DNA from: Styela clava
Taxonomy: Eukaryota
Direction of reading: 5' to 3'
DNA: 64,000 nucleotides
NCBI RefSeq assembly: GCF_964204865.1
Contig: NC_135257.1
Location: 15,686,001 to 15,750,000 of the forward strand
Shown: positions 31,569 to 45,400 of the stretch, piece by piece
Position numbering within the stretch: position 1 is the stretch's first letter
Layout: each line of letters starts with the position of its first letter
Made by a program: the position numbers and the translations under genes
Notes under the pieces: generated by a model
What the model saw: the letters and a program-made list of their open reading frames with translations, nothing else
Told to the model about the DNA's origin: nothing
The model's database searches: none

Positions 31569-34500
31569 CAACGAAATTGAACAATATAAGCATTACAAAT
31601 GCCAGTATAAAAAATTTTCAACATTTTGTTTTCGTAGAAAACAGTAAGAATAGTACTGAAAAATGATAACATAAACATAAAAATCGAAATATTGACAGAA
31701 ACTATGTATGTCTCAGTTGTACTCCGACCAACTCTGGTGTGATCTAAGTTGGGCAGGAGATAAATGATGAAGTATTGGCAAGCACAATTTCTCAAGTAGA
31801 AAGTGTTACTCCAGAATTGTCATACAATAAAAATGTATAGACTATATTGTTGATTGAGTAAAACAACAAACTTTGGTTCTAGTGAAGTAATCGCATAACT
31901 GCTTAAAAAACGCCAAACATGTTTTTTAACAAAAAGTCTGTCTCTAGCAGAACCAAATTCTTCACAAATATGTTTAGTCAAAATCAAACCTTCTCGCTTT
32001 TCAACTAAGCAGGTATGTCCCTTGCCAAATAGAGTATAGCATCAGGCGCGAGACATAGGTACTTTTATATAAAAAAATATTAATTTGAGCTGTATTTTAA
32101 CACCACATTTTTGTTTGATGTTATTTAAGCGGTTACGATGTTTACCCAACTTCAATGAGAGTATCGATTCCTCAGTCCTCAAGAGCAAAAAATTTAGCAA
32201 TTCCAATTTTACAATCTCCTAGCATGAACCCTTTCCAAAGTACAGCTCAAACACACACGCCAATGAATGATGGAAGCGGTATTTTATTTAAAAAAAAATT
32301 ATTTATTTAAACATTTAATTGCTTTTTTTTCAAATTTATTTCCGTATTTATATTGAGAAATGTTTATTTCTCCATACAGCCATATGGGACATTAATTTCA
32401 TTGTAAACAGAAGCAAGACTCATCCTTAAAACATATTAACAATGACATAGCCTCTGATGCAAAACATTCATTGAAATATTCATATATTTATTTTGTTCAC
32501 ACATAAAATTCGGATGTCAGGATATTTTAAATATGGTTGTACAATGTAATATTCTGTACATCCCTCATACAGTCATAATAAATATCCAAAGAAAAGAGAG
32601 TGCCAGTCAAAATAAACACAAGCAATGATTAAAAGCTGTTCCTCTATCAGTGAAACCTTAACAATATTTTTCATTCCCATTAATGAATAATGAAATACAT
32701 AGCAGAATGATCACCACTCTGCCACTGCTTTATATTTCACAGCCCAATCTTATCCATTGTTATTTTTGAATTCTCATTTATATTTTTTTAGTTTCATATT
32801 ATACGGTACTGCTATAGGCCTAATCTTGATCCTATTCTATCATCTAACATGAGAGGAAAGTCATTTTGTTATTACTTGTTTTGTTATTGTGATGACTGTT
32901 TTCATCTGTCTGACAGAATTTTATGACAGTATGATGACTAAGTTTACTACAATCTCTCTAAATATTTACAATATATGTACGCAGATGTAATATTAAAGAT
33001 TGCTACTTCAACACTTATGTCATATTACTAACTATACGTAGCTTTTCTCAGAATTTCACAACTAAAAACCACGCCATAACTTTAATAAAACCACACTGCT
33101 AAAGCAAATTGATATATAATAATGGCTTTATTCGAGTCGTAAATATAGACTCACAATCGTATCTTTGTTCACTATACATAACAATTTACCGACAAACCAG
33201 TTGCCACATTTTTCAGCGCCCCAATCAAACAACCTCAAACCGAAGTATGATGCAAAACACACAGGCTAAACTACACACAAATCGGCTCAGGTACTTGCGC
33301 AACCACAAACACACAATTTGATGATAAAATGCTTTGATCGGACATGCGATCCATTATGTGCTTGCCGAAAAACAAACGGAACGTATGTGCTGCGAGTAAT
33401 TTGAGCGTGCGAACGAATTATTTGCGAGAGTGACGACGAAAAAGGCAAAGTGGAAAGAATCCAGAGTGCGGTGGCTTTGATCATTCCACGTGACTACAAA
33501 GGCCCGCCACACCGCGTCTAAATTTGATAGTCTTTGTGGGGTTGACAGGGTTTCGATAACACTGACGCGGGTCCCGATTTAACTTATTGAAAATGGCTGA
33601 GGCAAAATTATTCAACGGCGTCGAAAAAACAACCCAATGCGCTTGATTATTATTTCGACAACGGCGTTTTAAACACTCACAAAATTTTGTTTCGAGCGGG
33701 CGATTCTTTTATGGGCTACATTTTGATGGAATTTATCGAAATGAATACCCGCAATAACAAGCAATTTTATTATTTTTTCTAAGCCACTTTTGTGAATTGT
33801 GGTGGTTATCTTGTTGTTATCAGTTCAATTATACAACCTTCCTTCTGAAGGACTGCAGAAATCGAACGAAATTGTCAAAAGTGGATAAGTTAGGTAAATT
33901 GTTCAGAGAAAGAAAAATAAACGTAAGAACTATCAAGTGCGCGAAATTTCGTCAAATAATTTTCAATGCGTCATCAGTGGAATCGTTGAATTCACTGGTG
34001 AAATTGGAATAATAGTTTTTGATTGTACCAACGATATCAAGACGAATTATAATTTTGGAAATTCGATCCTAAAAGGAACCTTCAGCAAGAAATGGTTTAA
34101 TGATGACGCTGTCTGGTGCAAACCTCGATAAATTCATTTAGTTGTCCAACTTTGTACCCCTAGAAAATTATATTATAGTTACAAAAGTAGTGATTGCCAT
34201 CCGTTGCTGTATATATACGATAAGTTGCCGTTTGCAAGGCTGTGGCGCCGAAAGCTTGCGCTTTTTGCTCGCGTTGACCTCCACCTGTACTTGGACCTTG
34301 AAGTTTTTTAATTCTAATTATTCACTGGAATATGTTAACGGCTTTGGACTGATTATTGAGTCGAAATGAAGTTATACTTACGGTATATACTTTGAGCCGC
34401 ATGCAAAATATCTCAAACCGAACGACTCTGGTTTTTCTAGTAAATAATTGCTCTGGACAAGGTCAAGCACACTCACTCAGAGGTCAAAGAGACTGATTTC

Positions 34501-36441
34501 TCAGCAAAGTTATGAACGATGATCAAAGCGCCAAGAACTACTGGAAGTCTGGGACTATGAAAAAGTTGGGAATCATTGAGAATGAAGCTGACACCCACCT
34601 CAGACTATGCAGAACATTTACAAGAGTTGTGCTACATTGGTGTATTTAAATGAACTCGCATTGTACAAAATTGTATCTGTAGGAACATCATATAACAATT
34701 GATTTTTTGAAAATGACACAATCTACGTATCACACTAGAAATGCAACACAAAAAATCATTACTTAATGACATAATTTTACCTATGACCATTGCTGAGAGG
34801 CTGGAGTCATTGACTCAAGGTCCAACCAACTTGAAGGTCTAGTTTAACAAAAATAGAAATCCCACTACCTATTTGAGCCTTATAGATCTCAATATGCAAA
34901 TCAAAAAAAAAATGTTTTCAGGAGATGCAAATCTTTTAATAAATCAAATCTAAGCGAATAGTGCCCACAGGCTGTTGAAAGTATTCCGAAGAAAATTAAA
35001 TTGATCAAATGTGTGACAAAATTGAGTAATACACAAAATGGTAGTTTGCATACTTCAATATAAATTGGATAACCATCACTGAAAATAGGAATCGCACAAT
35101 ACCGCATCAATTAGATATGGACGTGTTTTGTACTAAGTATACTAAATCAGTTCTAAAATGGACAGACTGTGGGAATAACAGATCTGAATAATCACAGAAG
35201 GCATTAATATATTTGAATCAAAATGAGAAAATTGGCAGTACTTAATCACAATATTACAAGGCGACACTTGATGACTCTACAGAAAGATTTGGAATAAATG
35301 AACCTTGTAGTAAAACAAAACCATCTAGCTATAAACCACGCTACCACTGCAGTCGCTCAGGCAGTTTCTGTGTCCATTTGTTAAAGAGGGCTGGTTTATT
35401 AAAGGAGGAGGTAAACTTTCATGCAAATTATTAAACGATTTGGAACCATTGGCTACCCTTATCTCTATAAGTTGCTTGATGTATATATAACTAAATTATA
35501 TAGCAGAGAAAATCAGCAACTCGATGGCTGTCAAAGGTATTATTTCCTCATAGCAAATGACTATTATCACACAGACTTCTTGTAAGTCATATCCTAAGTA
35601 TAAAGTACAAAATAAAAAGGTAAAATAACATTGGAAAGATATTAATTGTAAAATTATTAAACTGGCTCAACCAACAATATAACGATTTAAAAACACTGAA
35701 ATTTGCGGAGAGTTGAATTGACAGGAACCCACGAGGTTAGCAAACTTTAGATACCCATGCTAAGCGAAAAGAATGATTAGGGCAAATTTTGTTACCCGAA
35801 AACAATGTACCGAAAGTCAATTAATTATACGGTCATGATAATCTTAAAAGTGGTCCAAGCAGAGATGTGGAGTCAGACTTTGGCATGTTTTTTTATTGAC
35901 AATGGAGTTGGTGACATATTTCGAACTCCCAAAAACCTTGAATTCTCCAAAATCAAAATTACAGACTTTTAATGGTGTTAACCGAATTCAAATTTTCCAA
36001 CAAAAACTCTTAAGCATCAAGTTTCTCAAGCATTTCCGGAAAGCAATTAAAAGAGGCTAACATATTCCAAATTTTTTGTTATTAAATTTTATTTTTCGAG
36101 TTCAGAGTTGACGTTGAACTCAAAATTTTCTCTAACCTGGAGTCAGTAATCGGGTTATCTTTCAAATGACTCAGAATATGTATTCTGATGTAAATAGCCC
36201 TAAATCCAAGGCAGTATTAAATTGAGTAAACCAAAAAACTATTTTCACATGATAGATTATTTGAGCAAAATATATGAACTGAGTGAGAATTGCGTGAGTT
36301 GTCTGTTACGTTACTCGGCTTTATGTCGCCTTCGATATTATATTGACACAAATATTTGATATCAAACATACCGGTAATGCAATTAGTCTAATCAACTAAT
36401 AACTGTTCTTCACATTAGGATTTACAAATTGAAAATTGCTT

Positions 36442-39400
36442 TTAATTATCATTTGGGTTTGCAAATATTTTCAGCCTTTTTGTTAATCTTACGGAATGAC
36501 GGAAATTATCAAGAAAACAGCGGCAAAAAGCAGATCTTAATTTTGTGGCTTGTTTCCACACGAACGAATCTTTTCCGTTATACATTTCCGCATTATCCAA
36601 TAAAAGCATGACGTCATCCAGAAGTTGGTCAGGTGTATATGTTTGTGGCACAACTGGTCGGGTCGCGCTTCGTGTTCGAGAGTTACTCGGTCTTTCGGCA
36701 CTTCCATTGGCTTTCTCAATTTTGTCTTTAATATCTGTTATACTAATTGGATTCTCTACAATTTCGTAATAATCTGGAACATCTTCTTCTTCTACTCGAT
36801 ATCTGAAGGAAAAATATGGGAGCATTAGTTTGATTTCTATATATCTAGGATAGGATTTTCATATTTATTCTGAGGTAAACTAGAGTCCATAAGGCGGCTT
36901 AATCATATTACACAGTCCATGAGGGTGGTTCACATAACTGCTGGTCAGTGACGGCTTCGTCCACCATCAAGTCCATGCATCTGAAAACAAATAACTGGCT
37001 TAACTAATCCCATACCCGACATGAGGCCGTGATTACCATATATGCGTAAGCTGTATTATCAACTTTCCTCTCCCCTGGGATAAATATCTAAATCCTATCT
37101 TGTTTGGTACCGGCAATTAACCAGTGTTTGTTTCAGATACATGGAAGGTGAAGGAAACCGTAACCGACTAGCTACATGATGACAAGCATTTTCCTAACGC
37201 CAAGCACAATGCACCAACAGTCATTAGCTTGTGACATTGCTTTGACCAACATAAATAATTTCATTACTTGAATAAATTAGAGCATTTGTATTGTAGAAGA
37301 CGATTGATCACTGCTGAACATTTCTCAAGATCTTCGTTTTCATCTTCCTCTCCTTCACTCGCTTCATCTAAGCTTCCTTCTTCCTCCTCAACTTCACTCT
37401 CCTCTTCTTCATCATTCTCCTCTTCTTGAGATTCAGAATCCTCCTCTTCTTCTTCCTCATCATCATCATCACTCGATTCCTCAATCTTTTTACGCTGTAC
37501 TTTTCTTCTTGAGCGTCGAGTAGCGACAACTTTAAAATAAACAATTATGATAATAAAAGAAAAAAATTCAAACCATAACAAGACGTTACTCCAGCACCCT
37601 TGAAAATTAGTCCAAAACTAAAAAAGATGGGAATTCAGGGTTTTTGTTGAATTAACAAAGCTAAGACACACGAAACTTCGCGATTGAACATTTACTATGG
37701 AAATAAACAAGCTATACTTGAAAAGACATCTACCAGCACAAATTTTTACATAAAAATATATGTCATGAAAAATTACATTACTATATTCATTTTCAAAGTG
37801 GTTGAAATGTGATTTTGAAGCTAACCTGTTTCTTCTTCTTCCGCTTCTTCACTCGAGTCTTGACTTCTCTTACGTTTACCGATATTTCTTTTGGATCTAC
37901 GAGTTCCCGTTCCTAAAATGAAGGGGATTTCATTCATCCATATATAAGTCACATAATGATTTCTGAAAACACTATTTCATTTGTGAGTAATTCAATATAT
38001 AAAATTATTTTTGTTATAAATCAACAATTGATAACCAATGACATTGTTACAAACCATCAGACTCGAAAATAATTAATAAATATAACCTGTATTTGACAAG
38101 CAATCTCAAACAAATATTTTCATTTTTCCTGGATTCAGAATAAAAAACAATTTCAATCCAATAGTATATATCATTCGCAAGCCTTAAATTAAAAATTAGA
38201 GGGTATTTCCGTAGTGTGTGTACCAGGTTGAGGTTAGGCCATAATTTTATTCAGAGTTTCCTTATTTTAGCTCTATTACGAGTTCGGGGACTGTTTGTGT
38301 TAGCCAAGTGAATATACCCCCTGCCCATAGGCTTTCATCCCTTTACATAACTTGATGAAAAGTAGGCGAACATAATTAGTTACCTCTGTATTGGTACACA
38401 CACTTCTGGAGCGACAATTAGAAAACTAGAATTTGCAGTAGCCACACTTCTACCAGACCAAATAAATACCAATGTTGAAGAACAGTACAAGTCACCGATT
38501 GCCATTATGAAATCTAATATCTAAATGATATTACCTTCATCTTCACTTGAGTCTTCTGTCTTGTTTCGTTTCAAATATCTTCTTGATCTACTGCTGCTCT
38601 TGATTACTGTAAAAGTGATTATGAATACGAGTGTGAAATTCAAATTCAATAATAACAAGCCAAACAAAATAGAAAATTTAAGAAATAACTATCAAGAGTA
38701 TTTGTTTCGTAAAAAATTTACTTGCAATCAATGTCTACTATATTCAGGCCTATGCCAAACGAAAAACGTATAATGTTATAATTCTGACTCTGTATAAGGC
38801 GTCTGCATTTGTCATATTGTTTTTGACATGAATTGAGTTTGAGCCAAATTTAGAATTTGTTGTCGAAGTTAGAATTTCAGAATTCTTATGATGGAACTCA
38901 AAATCTTGAAAGAAACTAATAAATATCATATCATAAGGCAAGTATTTGTGGTGAGTTGAAAATGAAAGTTGATTTTAAATGGCTTGGATTTTAGAGTCTA
39001 TCCCCCGTAAAATCCTGCTTGATAGACTGTTTGTTTAGGAATGGGAAAAAGCTTTGCAACCTTCTTCCTCCTCTTCTTCTTCATCTTCCTCCTCATCCTC
39101 TTCTTCTTCTTGAGATTCTTGAACCATTTCCGCATAATTTTTTATGCGAGAAGATGATCTTGATGATTTTCTATAAATTATAAGAATTATCGAGTAAAGA
39201 ATATGAAAAGTAAACGAAATAAACGAACTCATGGTTCTATGTTACAAACTGTGAAAAAAATCTTACGGTCTGACATATTTGTACATTTCCCACATCACAC
39301 TGGAATGTAGAATGGTCAAAAGAAAAGATAATCTGGAATATTGGGAAGCCCCTTGAACCGCTTTCATCCATTTTTCCCTTCGTAAATCTGCTTTTGCCTA

Positions 39401-42400
39401 AAAACGAAGTTGATTTTGTATTACTTATACAACAGTTTTTCGCGCCCATCGCTACAAACAAAGGTGAGGTAGCGAAGATGAGATTCGAATGTGGATCCAT
39501 ATACAAGGCCTTGCTTGGAGCAGAAGTCATCAATAAACTGACATTAATAGTTGATCATAATTTTTGCACAATTGCACAATGAAAGTATAAAAAATTTGTT
39601 TATTCAAACAATTCATTTTAAATTCTAATATTCAATGTAAAATTCGAAATCCAATTGAAGTTAATTTGCCTAAATTCGACATTATTATAAAATTTTCTCA
39701 CTTACAATTTTTTTTGGATTTTCAAATTTTTCTTTTTCTTCATAAGGCAATAATTCTTCTCTTGACTGATTTTTCTTGGTTGTGATACCGCTCATATATT
39801 CACGGAAATACCTGAAAAAAAATTAAAATTGATATCATGAAGATATTATCTTATAGGGATGAGAGTAAAAATGTCCAATTTCTCAAAGATGTCCAATACA
39901 AATCAAATATTCGAACCGATTCAAAATTACTAATTACATTTGATATTTTAAATTCTTGATTTTAGGAACAATCAGAAATAGTTTCATTTGAAATTTTATT
40001 TTGAGATATTGAAGACTTGGAAGTCTCACAATATTGCCAAAAAAAATGTATTTATTTAAATTCTTAAACTGCACAAAACAAAACAAATCAAATCACTGAT
40101 ATAAATATACTTGATATTTCATATTTGAAATATTTATTACAAAATGTATTCGGAATAGTATATTATTCGATTTTGACCTTCCCTGTAACATTCATTTCTA
40201 AACTATTGTTAAACTTTATATAAAGCACATTTAAAATGAGAATAACAGAAACAAAACTATTAAGTAGCAAAAACAGTCAAATTTTACAGTAAATCAAAAA
40301 GGCCAACAAAGTTCAATCGAAGATTTTGGTGAAAAAACTATTTTTGACTTCACGAAATATATATATATATATATAAAGAAATTCAAGTTGTTATATTGTC
40401 CAACAGACAGTGATATTCGAGATTAGAATGTCAACTTGTTCCTGCAACAGCATTTCATACAAAGGACAAGGAGGACCCTTAAATGTACCAATTCAAAGAT
40501 ATCCAAAAGAAATCGAATATTCAAATTTATTATATTCAATATAGGAAAAATTTAGAACATTGTTATTGAAAACATAGGCATTTTGAGCAGTCAGACAAGT
40601 GACCTACAATATCTCAACTGGTAACAAACAACATAGAGAAAACACAATGACCTTTATATTCACCGGTACGTCAATTTCAGATATGATCAACATGATCATA
40701 ATACTGATTTATGTAATTTTTCATGTGAACTTGCCACCAATTTAGAATGTATTCAAATTCAATATTACTTATTTGAAAATATCTTATCAGAATGTATTCA
40801 GAATAGTAAAATCATTGGTTTTGGGTAGCCCTGTGTACCATTTAATTTTAATATAATATATACATAATACATTTATAATTTACATTTTTGCAGTAAAATT
40901 TTTTTAAAAACAGAACGTGTTACAAACAAACCTCATGTCAATAGCATTGAAAATATCAATCATCAATGTACTGAATTCAGATATATCTTGAGCACTTTCA
41001 ACACGAGCAATGAATATGTCTGATTCCTCCTGAACAGTTGAAAATTGAGAAAATTTGAGAATAAACAAAATTCAAAACGAATGCATACACTTTGACGTCA
41101 ATAAAATTAAATGTATTAGTTACTTGTTTAATACCTATTTGATTTCGGGTTTTTCTGGCCGAACTTTCATACTTGAAGCCAAAAAAATTATATTTTAATA
41201 CCAACGTTATATTGTTACCTCAATATTAGATAATCCTCCTCTAGTTAAATCATTGATTATTGTGTTCAAACGCTTTTGTAGAGACTTTTTACAATCTTCT
41301 TCTGCATCTTTGACAGTTAACGATTTTCTGGTGACTACAGTTGGTGTTATTTCTTTTTCTTCCACAACTGGTGGTTTGGGTAAGTTTTCTTCGTATTTTG
41401 CGATAGATCTGAGTATAAAAATTAAGTTGATAGATCAGTCAACGGCAACAACAGGGCTACGTCCATGTGAATAATTAATTACAGTCATATACTTTTCCAG
41501 ATAAAAATTATACGACGACAGAACATGATTTTAGTCAACATCATATGAAAAGGAATCTTGAATGTCAGAATTTTTGAAATCTTGTGATGCTCACATGAAT
41601 ACAGTCAGTCAACCAAGGGTGGCGAGCTGAATAAAAATAACGTTAAAATGGTCAAGTGGTTAAATTGTTGGACCTACTATGTTGGCAAACCTGAAACATT
41701 CCGTTGCTCTGCACCTGCTCGTACACAGCCGTATTAAAAGTGAAAATATAGAAACAGTGTATAAAAAACTCTATTTCATTTATATTACAAAACGCTATAC
41801 ATCTCCACCTAATAATATGGTTATATTTCTTCTCCAATGATTTCTTCAGCTGATGTTCTCGAATTCCCTCTGAACAAAGACTTTTAATCAGCTCATCGAG
41901 TTTTTCTTTGGTATCCACGACAAACCAAAGGTTTTGACCAACATGAGGAATAGATGTTTCACTAGGTCCTGCAAAAAAAATGTAGATTATAAAATTCATG
42001 AAATATGACATGAGAGATTGCATATGAATCTGATCTCAAATCAAAAGCAGAAATTGGAATACTTAGTACGAATATTTGAGAATGAAATTATTTCAAATGT
42101 CATAAATTCAAATGCACTGAGCATTACTTGTGTCTGTCTCTATAATATACCATAAAAATATACCTGAATCATTTGTAATGTCCATTTCATCATCTTTTAT
42201 ATCTTTCGCTTCTAGAAATCACAGAAATAGATTTTATTATTCGGGAAGTAAATAGTATAATTTTTGAAAACTAGAATCTCATAGCATGGCCTAATTTCTA
42301 AAAGCTGGAGAGCCAATCAAATCATCGTTCATCATATGAATCTTTTTATATTTGCAAATTCTAAATGATTTAATATACAATTGTGAACTGTATATTTATT

Positions 42401-45400
42401 GTATTTCCGGAAACTAGCATTTTCTCAGAAGGTGCTCAGCCACTGTTAATCAATAAAATTAGGGTCGATTACGCATAACTCACTTGTGCAATAGTGGATG
42501 TAATCTTGAATCCATCCTTTCTCAACATACAAGCCTGGAGTATTGTCAGAAAACAACCAGTATCTGAAGAAAAAAATGATCAACAAAATAAGAATCGAGA
42601 ATATCGGTCAGTGACCGAGGCTTATCGATCGAAAGTTAGGGGATTCCCCAAAACAGCGCTCTTACTCCATAGTGACACCTTGTGTCCCATCACTTATTAA
42701 TTAATAACTCGCTAATTATACGACATAATTCATCCAAAATCAATAGGCTTCTGGTACGACATATGATGAATGCACATGCAATCTGGAGCAGATTCAATCT
42801 CGCTTTCGTGACATATCGCATGCATCTAACAGACAAACAAACAGACAAATACCTATCAACGTTGATAAGTAATTATTAAAATTTTATCTGCTAATATTAA
42901 AATATTAGGAAGTTTATTTTCATGGGCACTTTACTCAAGTAAGGTAAGTCTATTGATAAGCAGCCTTTTATGTTCGAAGAAAATGAAATTTTCTCGTCTG
43001 CGTATTCACTACCTAATTTAATCAGGACCTGAATAAGATTACTCAACTCGAGTTAGATTTACATTCATTAAAATCTCAAACTGACCTAGAGAATGACTTT
43101 AACCAGTCATAAAGTCGATTCATTGTTTGAGGATTTCTGCCCAGCACTGGCTGAAAGAGCACAGGTTCTGAACCCAAGACCTTTTATAAGGGGATGCATA
43201 TGTAACAACATCTCCATAATAAATAAACATTATACTCAAGATGGGAAAAACATGTGCAAGACCTTGCTTACCTAAGACACAAATGTGTGACAAGTATATA
43301 TTGCCACTATATGTATAATAACTAAGCAAATATACTTCACCTGTTATGATTCCTATCTGTTCCGAGAGGATCAAGACGAGATGATTTTGTGGCCGCAATT
43401 TCAGCATCACGAAGTTGTTTGTGCACCTTGTTATGTTCTGCTTCTTTTTCTTGTTCTTCAAATAATCTTTGTCTTTCTTCTTCCCATTTAATTCTCTCCT
43501 TTTCTTCTTGTTCTCTCCTTTCTGCAGCCTCTATCCTTCTTCGCTTCACCCTGAAGGAATAGAATTATTTAAATACAAAACATGACGCTCCAGAAGTATG
43601 TGTACCGATATGGAGGTAACTAATTTTGTTCGCCTATTTCACATCAAGTTGTGTAAAGGGACTGAAACCTATGGGCCGGGGGTGTATTCACTTGGCTAAC
43701 AAAGACAGTCCCCACTCGTAATAGAACTAAAATAAGGAAAATCAGAAACTTGGTACTACGGGAGTACCCAAAGCGTATGCAAGAGCTTCATCCCAAACAA
43801 GACCCTGTACTTTTTAACTATGTGCAGATCTATTATTTTTGAAATAACCAGAATCTACCCAATTTATTACACACTGGGTGTAACCGAACCATTTTGATGA
43901 ATATCAGGAAATTAGTTAATAGAGATTTTGAATGTCATCCAACCTGCTAATCAAATCTTGACTATTTCCGCTTTTACTATTTTCCGATTCAAGTGTTACC
44001 TTCTCTGGAGTTACAGCATCTGTACGTGAGCTCTGAAAATATATGTTAGTGCTGTATATCAATAATGTATTTGGAAATTTTCTGCGTTGCCTGAATAGTG
44101 AACCTTCATTATAGAAATGAAAATTCATTAAAGCTTTAAACGAGAATATCGATCAGAGACCGAACACTTATCGAACGAAAGTTAGGGGATCCCCAAAACA
44201 GTGCTCTTACTCCATAGTGACACCTTGTGGCCCATCACTAATTAATTAATAACTTGCTAATCATACGACATAATTCGCCCAAAATTAATAGGCTTCTGGT
44301 CCGAGATATGATGAATGCACATGAAAAATCTGGAGCAGATTCAATCTCGTTTTCGTGAGATATCGCGTGCATCTAACAGACAGACAGACAAATACCTATC
44401 AACATACTTACCGATTAGAATCGATAAGTAACAAAATCAGAACTAAAGTCTTTGGCTAAAATCATGAAACTTGTTGTTAGACTGTAAATAAAACATGCAG
44501 ACATGTCTCTCCCAGACAATCAGACAAGTAGAAAATGAGAATGCCGTTTTTGAAATAACCAAGATCATCGAAATATCTAACGTAGCCCAAAAAATTTCAA
44601 TACATTCTTTGTCAGATATTTGCGGACACAAATCCTTTCAGACATAAGTCTGATATATCGAAACTGCAACCTCACAACAGTGTTTCCCGACCTATGGTCG
44701 CGACCCAAAACTGGGCTGCCTGCCAATTTTCTTGGGGCGCTTATTATTTCAACAAAAACCTAATTACTAATTTTTTTTTTCTAGTAAATTTTTTTGTTTA
44801 TTTTATATTTGGTACTGAAGTGGTAAGTAAACTTTACGCAAAATTTATTTTTTTATATTAGTCATTAAGTTTGCGACCATAAAAGTACCACATACGGTTT
44901 AGTATTTGCACATGTCCTTGGGTCGCGAGATTTTACAAAATTTATTTAAAAAAAATTTGGTTCGCAAAAAAGGTTGGGAACAACTGCATTACAACAATCA
45001 AACCATGTAAAATTCATAGAACACTCGTACGTTTTAATAGAAACCTAAATAAAAAAATGTGGCTAAACACAAACCTCTTCCTCCATTTTCTGTTTCTTTT
45101 TCTCTTTTCTCAATTGTTTGTTTTCGCATCTCATTTTGTTTAATTTTTTCCAAGCATTGCGAAGTTTGTCCTTAGCTTCATCTCTGTAATTTTGAGCGGT
45201 GTATGTATTCAAAAATCGATAAGTGAGAGCACATAGAACTTCAAGCTGATCAGATGGTTCAAGTTCATACATTTCATTTTCGAGCAATCTTGAAAATACC
45301 TACGAGATGTAAAAGTTGATGTAAATTTATATAAAAACAAGAGTAATGATCAATATATGGACATGAACACAAAAGTAGGTCATGCAATTGATATAGTCAC

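Noticed and set aside
33500-34400. Possible extra gene between ZNRF3 and BAZ1B
   Set aside because: Only short ORFs without motifs or a consistent exon chain. More likely ZNRF3 upstream regulatory DNA or non-coding transcription.
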